Virus record (IMG/VR): IMGVR_UViG_3300005095_000072
Coordinates: 1 to 64,000 of that record
DNA length: 64,000 bases
Source of the DNA: a virus
Strand: one strand, 5' to 3'
Of the stretch, positions 57,988 through 64,000 are shown piece after piece. Position 1 is the stretch's first letter; each line of letters opens with the position of its first letter. The translations under genes were made by a program, and so were the position numbers. The notes beneath the pieces are model-generated. The model had not been told where the DNA came from, searched no databases, and worked only from the letters and a program-made list of their open reading frames with translations.

Positions 57988-58460
57988 TGAAAAAAGAAAT
58001 AGATGATAGCTTTGTAACAGCTTGGGGGCAGGTTACTTTAAAAACAGATGCTAGTGGCAGTAGGTTAAAAGATTTTAATTTCAGACAATTTATGGCAAAG
58101 TTTATGTATGAACCTATTTTTTCAAATTTTGAAGAAACTTTTAAAAGTGCATTAGAGAAACAACTAGAGGGTTACATGCCTAACCACTTGAGAAAATATG
58201 TTAAATATGAGATAATACAAGATAAAAGTAATGTATCTATTGTACCTAAAAATGTATTTACAATTTTTCTTATGATGGGTAAAATACAATATGCTTTAGA
58301 TAAAATCCCTGAACTTTATTATGATAAAGAAAGATATGAAGATAACAAATTTCTTGTATATTATTTTAGAGATGAAAACAATGAAGGGTTTAATTTTATA
58401 AGAAAAGAAGAACTTGCTATAAAAAATATAATTTTAAATGAAGATAAGAAAAAGGATTAA
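57978..58460 (+). CDS. hypothetical protein
   Basis: ORF in operon. Confidence 0.55.
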   Translation: MGMMKKEIDDSFVTAWGQVTLKTDASGSRLKDFNFRQFMAKFMYEPIFSNFEETFKSALEKQLEGYMPNHLRKYVKYEIIQDKSNVSIVPKNVFTIFLMMGKIQYALDKIPELYYDKERYEDNKFLVYYFRDENNEGFNFIRKEELAIKNIILNEDKKKD

Positions 58461-58462
58461 AA

Positions 58463-59122
58463 ATGGAAGTAGAACTGTTACACAATACACCTTTACACAT
58501 AGCGAGTAAAGCTATAAGAACTGCTTGGCAGAGTTTTGATAAAAGTGATAACGGAGGACAAAAAGATAAAGAGCTTATAGATAGAGTAGGGAATAAGTTT
58601 AAACATAGTTCAACTTTAGAGCATCTGGTTTATACTTTTTATATTAAAGGAATAAGTAGAGCATTATTACAGGAATTAGCAAGGCATAGGATAGCAAGTC
58701 TTACCGTAAAATCAACTAGATACACATTAAAAGAATTGAAAGAGGAAAAAATAAAGTGGTTTAATATAGCAGGTGAAGTTACAGATGAAGCATACAACCT
58801 TGTAGAGAAATATTGTGTATTACCTAAAGACTTAGATTTTGAAGATGAAGTTAAATTTAAAATTGCTTTAGCTAATTCTTTAGGAACAATAGCTAACTCT
58901 AAATTATCAAATGATAGGATAAAGTATTTACTGCCTGAAAGTTATAAAACAGAGCTTACTTACACTATAAATGCTAGAAGCTTACAGAACTTTTTAAGTT
59001 TAAGAAGTGATAAATCGGCTTTATGGGAGATTAGGATATTAGCTCGTAAGTTGTATGAAGCTTTACCTAATGAACATAAATATTTATTTGGAGATTGTAT
59101 GAAGGATATAAAAAGAACTTAA
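58463..59122 (+). CDS. thyX: flavin-dependent thymidylate synthase
   Basis: HSSTLEH, SRALLQELARHRIASLTVKSTRY, NARSLQNF..LR..ALWEIR. Confidence 0.95.
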   Translation: MEVELLHNTPLHIASKAIRTAWQSFDKSDNGGQKDKELIDRVGNKFKHSSTLEHLVYTFYIKGISRALLQELARHRIASLTVKSTRYTLKELKEEKIKWFNIAGEVTDEAYNLVEKYCVLPKDLDFEDEVKFKIALANSLGTIANSKLSNDRIKYLLPESYKTELTYTINARSLQNFLSLRSDKSALWEIRILARKLYEALPNEHKYLFGDCMKDIKRT

Positions 59123-59173
59123 AACATATTTTGATGAGTATTTAAGTATAGTGTAAAAATAGGAACATATAAA

Positions 59174-59509
59174 ATGAGTAAAAATAAAGACTGGAGAAAT
59201 AGTAGAATCTATAGAATATGGAAGATAACTGTTATAAGAAGAGATAGAGTTTGTCAAGTATGTGGCAGTAGAAAAAAGAGACAAGCACATCATATAAATT
59301 CTGCCAGATATTTTCCTCATTTAAGGTTTATAGCAGACAATGGTATATGCTTATGTTATAGTTGTCATTTTCATTTTTATCATATATTATTTAAAGGCGG
59401 AACTAAAAAGAAAACAACTAAAGAGGATTTTGTTAAATTTATGGAGATAGCAAAACATTATATTGAAGTAGGTAAAGGATTAAAAGGTGAGTCAAAAGGA
59501 AATATCTAA
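59174..59509 (+). CDS. HNH endonuclease
   Basis: RD..CQVCG....AHH...NGICLCYSCH. Confidence 0.85.
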   Translation: MSKNKDWRNSRIYRIWKITVIRRDRVCQVCGSRKKRQAHHINSARYFPHLRFIADNGICLCYSCHFHFYHILFKGGTKKKTTKEDFVKFMEIAKHYIEVGKGLKGESKGNI

Positions 59510-61094
59510 AGAACAGGTAGATTTATTTCATGTATCTAAGGTAAATAAGTTATCTAAAGCAAGACTTCATAAGTTAAGAGATATGGTGATATTTAAAAAC
59601 TCTCCATATCTTAATAAAGAAACTTTTGAAAAAGCATATAACAAATATAAAAAATATGTTAATTATAAATGGAAGAACTTACTTCATAAATCAGATGAAG
59701 AGTTATCTCAAATAATGATGGCTTGTGCTTATAATTATTATCTCAACAAAGACCATTATTTAAAACAAAGACCAGATGCAAATACAAGAGATTTAACTTT
59801 ATTCTTAGATACTAGATTATCTAAAGCCTATGATAGAAAAAATAAAATGTTATTGAAAAATAAGCTAGGTATAGTATTTCTTAATTATTTTGTTAAGGAA
59901 TTTATCATAGCAACCAGGGTAGATGGTAAAGAAGATAAGTCAGTATTGAAAACATCTGAAAATTGGAAACAGTTGTATAGAACTACAATAAAAACAGTTT
60001 ATCTTGGAGATGACCCAACCCCTGCAAATATATTTTCTACATTGAGGTTTAGTGATGGAGCACAGATACCATCTAATTTTAGACCTTTAAGTGCAGGTTG
60101 GATATTTTATAATTATGGTTTTTTACCTAATAAAGATAAAACTAAAGATATATATTTGCATTGTAGCTCTGAAGGGTTTTTAGGAAGATTGTTGTCGACT
60201 TTTTATATAGCATACCATAATCCTAATTATAATATACATTACTATACTATAGACCCAAATATTAATGTAGTAAAAGCTTTTGATGAAGTGGTAGAGTTTC
60301 TTAAAGATTATGGAAAAGTTAAGAACTGGTTTCCTAAGATTTTTAATATAGGTTCTGAACAAGATGAAGCTGATTTTTATAAATTGTATGGTAAGAAGTT
60401 CCATGTATCATTCACAAGCCCACCTTATTTTAATTTAGAAAAATATGCAGAGACTTATACAATACAGGCAGTCTTAGACATTGAAAATAAAACCAAAAAA
60501 GAATACTATGTAATTGATGATAAAAAAGAAAATATTACTTATATAGAAGCATTGAAGTTATATAGAAAGGGCAACACTGTTTTGTATAAAGATAATAATT
60601 TTAATATAGAAGAGAAACATAGTGAGAGTGATAAAATAGAAATAATAGATAGAGGTCAATACAGACAAGAACTTGCTAGTAAGTTAAAAATAGGTGATAA
60701 GATAAAGAGAAACAACTTGGTATATAAGATTATTAAAGTGAATAAAGTAGGTCAATCAATGAGATTTAAATCTTATGATGCTTGGAATGAGTATTTTTTG
60801 AGACCAACTGTAAAGAACATATATAACTGTTTAAACGATAGTTGTTATTTGTTGTTAAATGTAGTTAATATAAAAACTCATCCAACTTTAGAAAATGATA
60901 CCATTAGAATAGCAAAAGAGAATAATTTTAAACATATAGATACATTGAAGTTCAAAATACAAAGAGTACCGGGTTCTGTTAAACTTAAAGATGGTAGCAC
61001 AGTTCTCCTGAAAGAGTTTAAGAAAGATTGGGAACCGATATTTGTATTTCAAAAAGGAGAAGATAAAAATAAAGTTGTTAAATCTGACGAGTAA
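59487..61094 (+). CDS. phage DNA methyltransferase-like protein (SPPY) with internal insertion
   Basis: SNFRP, degenerate SAM motif CSSEGFLGRLL, IDPN, FTSPPYF..EKY, EPIFVF. Confidence 0.75.
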   Translation: MSQKEISKEQVDLFHVSKVNKLSKARLHKLRDMVIFKNSPYLNKETFEKAYNKYKKYVNYKWKNLLHKSDEELSQIMMACAYNYYLNKDHYLKQRPDANTRDLTLFLDTRLSKAYDRKNKMLLKNKLGIVFLNYFVKEFIIATRVDGKEDKSVLKTSENWKQLYRTTIKTVYLGDDPTPANIFSTLRFSDGAQIPSNFRPLSAGWIFYNYGFLPNKDKTKDIYLHCSSEGFLGRLLSTFYIAYHNPNYNIHYYTIDPNINVVKAFDEVVEFLKDYGKVKNWFPKIFNIGSEQDEADFYKLYGKKFHVSFTSPPYFNLEKYAETYTIQAVLDIENKTKKEYYVIDDKKENITYIEALKLYRKGNTVLYKDNNFNIEEKHSESDKIEIIDRGQYRQELASKLKIGDKIKRNNLVYKIIKVNKVGQSMRFKSYDAWNEYFLRPTVKNIYNCLNDSCYLLLNVVNIKTHPTLENDTIRIAKENNFKHIDTLKFKIQRVPGSVKLKDGSTVLLKEFKKDWEPIFVFQKGEDKNKVVKSDE

Positions 61095-61204
61095 TGATTT
61101 AACAAAATCAGGATAGAGCTATCTTAAAGATAGAGGGGATTCGGGAGGGCGAAAAACAGTTGTATGACTTTGGACGGTTATATGACTTAGAAAAGGAGTC
61201 CATT

Positions 61205-61519
61205 ATGAAAAGATTTATGCTAATGCTTGTAGCAATGGTAGGTGCACTATTCAGTGCTAGTTTTGGTGGTAACAAAGGTGGTAAAGCTTCCGACCTAACT
61301 GCTGTTAAAAAAGGTAAAGCAAGTCCTCTAAGATTTACTAAAGGTAAAAAAGGAACACCTGAGTTGAAAGCAGGTAAAGGAAGACTTACAGAAACCACTA
61401 AAAAAGCTATGGATAGAAGAACCAATGTAAAAGGTGGTGGAACTACAGCAAGAGGTAAAGTCGGAGGACCAAACACTCCTAAAGTAGCTCCTACAAGAAA
61501 ACCTAGAAGAAAAAAGTAA
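61205..61519 (+). CDS. signal-peptide-bearing, Gly/Lys/Arg-rich cationic small protein
   Basis: AAGGAG RBS; MKRFMLMLVAMVGALFSA followed by a basic low-complexity region; own terminator. Confidence 0.7.
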   Translation: MKRFMLMLVAMVGALFSASFGGNKGGKASDLTAVKKGKASPLRFTKGKKGTPELKAGKGRLTETTKKAMDRRTNVKGGGTTARGKVGGPNTPKVAPTRKPRRKK

Positions 61520-61546
61520 TTTAGCTTTTAGGAAACCAACTTTTAG

Positions 61547-61582
61547 AAAGAGTAGTTAGAGTAAAACCTGCTACTCTTTTTC
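61547..61582 (+). terminator. intrinsic terminator
   Basis: AAAGAGTAG...CTACTCTTT plus T tract. Confidence 0.55.
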
Positions 61583-61716
61583 TATTTATAATAACTTCAA
61601 TTAACTTACTTCAAACAATTTAATACAACTTAATTTCCAAATCTTTTTAATTGTTAATATTTAATAGAAAGTTTTTAGACTTGTATATATTCAAATAGTA
61701 ATATATAGGAGAAAAG

Positions 61717-64000
61717 ATGAAAAGAGATATAAGAGTCCAAAAGAGAAAAGGAAATCTTGAGCCTTTAGATATATCTAAAATTAGAAAGCAAACTAAAATA
61801 GCAGAGTTGTACGAAGATACAAGTTTGTCTGAGCTGGAGGTAGACTCACATTTACAATTTTATGATGGAATAAAAACAGAAGATATACAACAAACTCTTA
61901 TAAAAACAGCAGTAGATAAAATAAGTATAAGAAGACCTAATTGGACATTTGTAGCTTCTAGGTTGTTTTTATCTGATTTATGGCATAAGTTTGGTTTAGT
62001 ATATGGTAAAGATGAAAATGAAGTAACTCTAAAAGATGTTATTGATTACGGTATCAAAAGAAAGAAATATATAAGAACTTTAAATATTGATTATACAGAA
62101 GAGCAAATAAATGAACTTCATAATTATATGGATTTTGACAGAGACCATCAATTTACTTACTTAGGTATAAAAACTTTATATGACAGATATTTAGTAAAAG
62201 AAGATAACGGTTATCCTATTGAGATGCCACAATATATGTTTATGTTGATAGCTATGTATCTTGCTGGTAAAGAACAAGATAAAATGAATTGGACTAAGAA
62301 GTTCTATGATATGATAAGTAAGTTTGAAGTAATGATGGCAACCCCAACTCTTTCAAATGCCAGAACATTAAGACATCAATTAAGCTCCTGCTATGTAGGT
62401 TCAACTCCTGATAATATAGAAGGTATCTTTGATAGTTATAAAGAAATGGCACTGTTATCTAAATATGGTGGTGGTATCGGTTGGGACTGGTCTAAGGTAA
62501 GGGCTATGAAAGGAGAGATAGCTGGATTTAAAGGGGTAGCAGGTGGTGTAGTTCCTTTTCTTAAAATTGCTAATGATTTAGCAGTAGCAGTAGACCAGTT
62601 AGGCACTCGTGCTGGGAGTATAGCAGTTTTTCTACCAACTTGGCATTTAGATTTAATGGATTTCCTAGACTTAAAAAAGAACTCAGGAGAAGAGAGAAGA
62701 AGAACACACGATTTATTTCCTGCTTTATGGATAGACGATTATTTTATGGAATGTGTAGAGCTTGATAAAGATTGGTATTTATATGACCCTCATTCTGTAA
62801 AACAAAGATATAATATAGAACTAGACGAGTTACAAGGTAACGATTTAAAAAGAATGCTGGTTAAGTTAGCTAATGATGATAAAATCCTAAAAGAAAAATT
62901 TAAAGCCAAAGAGGTATGGAGAAAAGCACTAACCTCTTATTTTGAGTCAGGTAATCCTTTTTTAGCATTTAAGGATACAGCAAACAGAAGAAACCCAAAT
63001 AAGCATAATGGTATTATACGGTCATCCAATTTGTGTGTAACAGGTGATACGAAGATATTGACTAAAGAGTTCGGTGATATTGAGATAAATAAAGTAGTTA
63101 ATCAATCTTTAACTGTTTGGAATGGAAAAGAGTGGTCTGAAAATGTTACAATAACTCAAACTGCAATAGACTATCCTAATCTGTATAAAGTGATTATAAG
63201 TAATTTTGAAGATGGAAGAGCAGTTGAAATAAAAGCCACAGATTATCATAAATGGTATAATTCTATAGGAGAAGAATTTAGAACTAAAGATTTAAAAAAA
63301 GGTATGATTTTAGAAAGCTTTATGTTGCCTGATGGAAAAATTGAAAATAAATATGTAATCACTTATATTGAGAAGTTACTTTTACCTGAAGACACTTATT
63401 GTGCTTTAGAACCTAAAAGAAACAGGTTAATGTTTAATGGAGTCTTAACTGGTAATTGTACTGAAATCTACCAAAATACCGAGCCAAATGATTATAAATA
63501 TAACCTTTGGTTTAAAGGTTATGAAACTGCTCCTATAACTTTACATGAAAATAAAATTGTTAGTGTTATAGACCAGTCTGATACTTTAGATGGATATGAA
63601 GTCTTATACACTATAACTGTTAAAGAGCTTACAGGTGGAGAACATATTCTTTTTAATATTGAAGAGAAAAATGTATCTTTCTTTGGACAAGTAACTTGTA
63701 TAGAGAAAACACAAGGTCAAAATGGTAAAACTGCTGTTTGTAATCTTGCTAGTGTAAATCTATCTAAGATAAATACTAAAAAAGATTTTGAAAGAATTAT
63801 CCCTATAGCTATAAGAGCTTTAGATAATGTTATTGATTTGAATTATTACCCAACTAAAAAAGCTGAAAGAGCTAATAAAGAGAACAGAGCTATTGGTTTA
63901 GGTATGATGGGTGAAGCACAAATGTTAGCAGATAATAAGATAATGTTTGGAACTAAGCTACATCTTGAAAAGATAAATAGTATTTGTGAAATGTTTAGTT
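61717..64000 (+). CDS. nrdA: class Ia ribonucleotide reductase alpha subunit, intein-containing (3'-truncated by window edge)
   Basis: ATP-cone VQKRKG, ATPTLSNA, LSSCY, GGGIG, SNL[intein]CTEI, VCNLAS, RAIGLG; absent from the ORF track because it lacks a stop. Confidence 0.95.
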   Translation, partial: MKRDIRVQKRKGNLEPLDISKIRKQTKIAELYEDTSLSELEVDSHLQFYDGIKTEDIQQTLIKTAVDKISIRRPNWTFVASRLFLSDLWHKFGLVYGKDENEVTLKDVIDYGIKRKKYIRTLNIDYTEEQINELHNYMDFDRDHQFTYLGIKTLYDRYLVKEDNGYPIEMPQYMFMLIAMYLAGKEQDKMNWTKKFYDMISKFEVMMATPTLSNARTLRHQLSSCYVGSTPDNIEGIFDSYKEMALLSKYGGGIGWDWSKVRAMKGEIAGFKGVAGGVVPFLKIANDLAVAVDQLGTRAGSIAVFLPTWHLDLMDFLDLKKNSGEERRRTHDLFPALWIDDYFMECVELDKDWYLYDPHSVKQRYNIELDELQGNDLKRMLVKLANDDKILKEKFKAKEVWRKALTSYFESGNPFLAFKDTANRRNPNKHNGIIRSSNLCVTGDTKILTKEFGDIEINKVVNQSLTVWNGKEWSENVTITQTAIDYPNLYKVIISNFEDGRAVEIKATDYHKWYNSIGEEFRTKDLKKGMILESFMLPDGKIENKYVITYIEKLLLPEDTYCALEPKRNRLMFNGVLTGNCTEIYQNTEPNDYKYNLWFKGYETAPITLHENKIVSVIDQSDTLDGYEVLYTITVKELTGGEHILFNIEEKNVSFFGQVTCIEKTQGQNGKTAVCNLASVNLSKINTKKDFERIIPIAIRALDNVIDLNYYPTKKAERANKENRAIGLGMMGEAQMLADNKIMFGTKLHLEKINSICEMFS
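63034..63456 (+). mobile_element. mini-intein (141 aa, no homing endonuclease) in the NrdA active-site loop
   Basis: SNL|CVTGDTKILT ... ATDYHKW (block B TxxH) ... YC..EP......FNGVLTGN|CTEI. Confidence 0.9.

Noticed and set aside
2150-61476. Numerous minus-strand ORFs (e.g. 24053-24409, 39996-40352, 52615-52929, 61108-61476) and nested 3280-3495
   Set aside because: They are shadows of well-supported + strand genes, with S/F/L/I-rich composition typical of antisense frames.
63480-63730. Second insertion in NrdA after CTEI, considered as another intein
   Set aside because: It lacks splicing residues; a similar insert before TAVCNLAS is, from recall, normal in Helicobacter/Campylobacter NrdA, so it is a host-lineage signature.
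1-64000. CRISPR array, tRNA or rRNA genes
   Set aside because: No regularly spaced direct repeats or cloverleaf/T-loop signatures were seen. The Cas4-like gene has no cas1/cas2 or array and sits in a recombination cluster.

Overview
This is a 64-kb AT-rich segment of a large dsDNA tailed bacteriophage, with all credible genes on the + strand. The host is probably a Campylobacterota (epsilonproteobacterial) species, judged from TTTAAG-periodic TGnTATAAT promoters, AAGGA-type RBSs and a Helicobacter/Campylobacter-like NrdA. Gene order: three tail-fibre/chaperone pairs (1-6 kb); lysis module with holin, SLT endolysin and spanins (6.4-8.9 kb); small putative virion proteins; a QueC-like PP-loop enzyme; then a long replication/recombination/nucleotide-metabolism region. 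That region holds SNF2, DnaB and loader, two UvrD paralogues, a sigma-like factor, split primase, split PolA, PIF1, SSB, EndoVII, RecA, split SbcC plus SbcD, a Cas4-like nuclease, a beta-clamp-like protein, four MTase-like genes, Tmk, ThyX and NrdA with a mini-intein. The most striking unexplained structure is non-coding. Two homologous ~400-nt structured leaders behind host-type promoters each end in a boxA-like motif followed by a 32-36 nt arm that base-pairs with the 3' UTR of the first downstream gene. Each ORF is thus looped out in a long-range stem, as 16S rRNA is in pre-rRNA. Stem-enclosed small RNAs displaying anti-Shine-Dalgarno or anti-start-codon loops are also present. All product calls come from motif recognition by eye; no searches were run.
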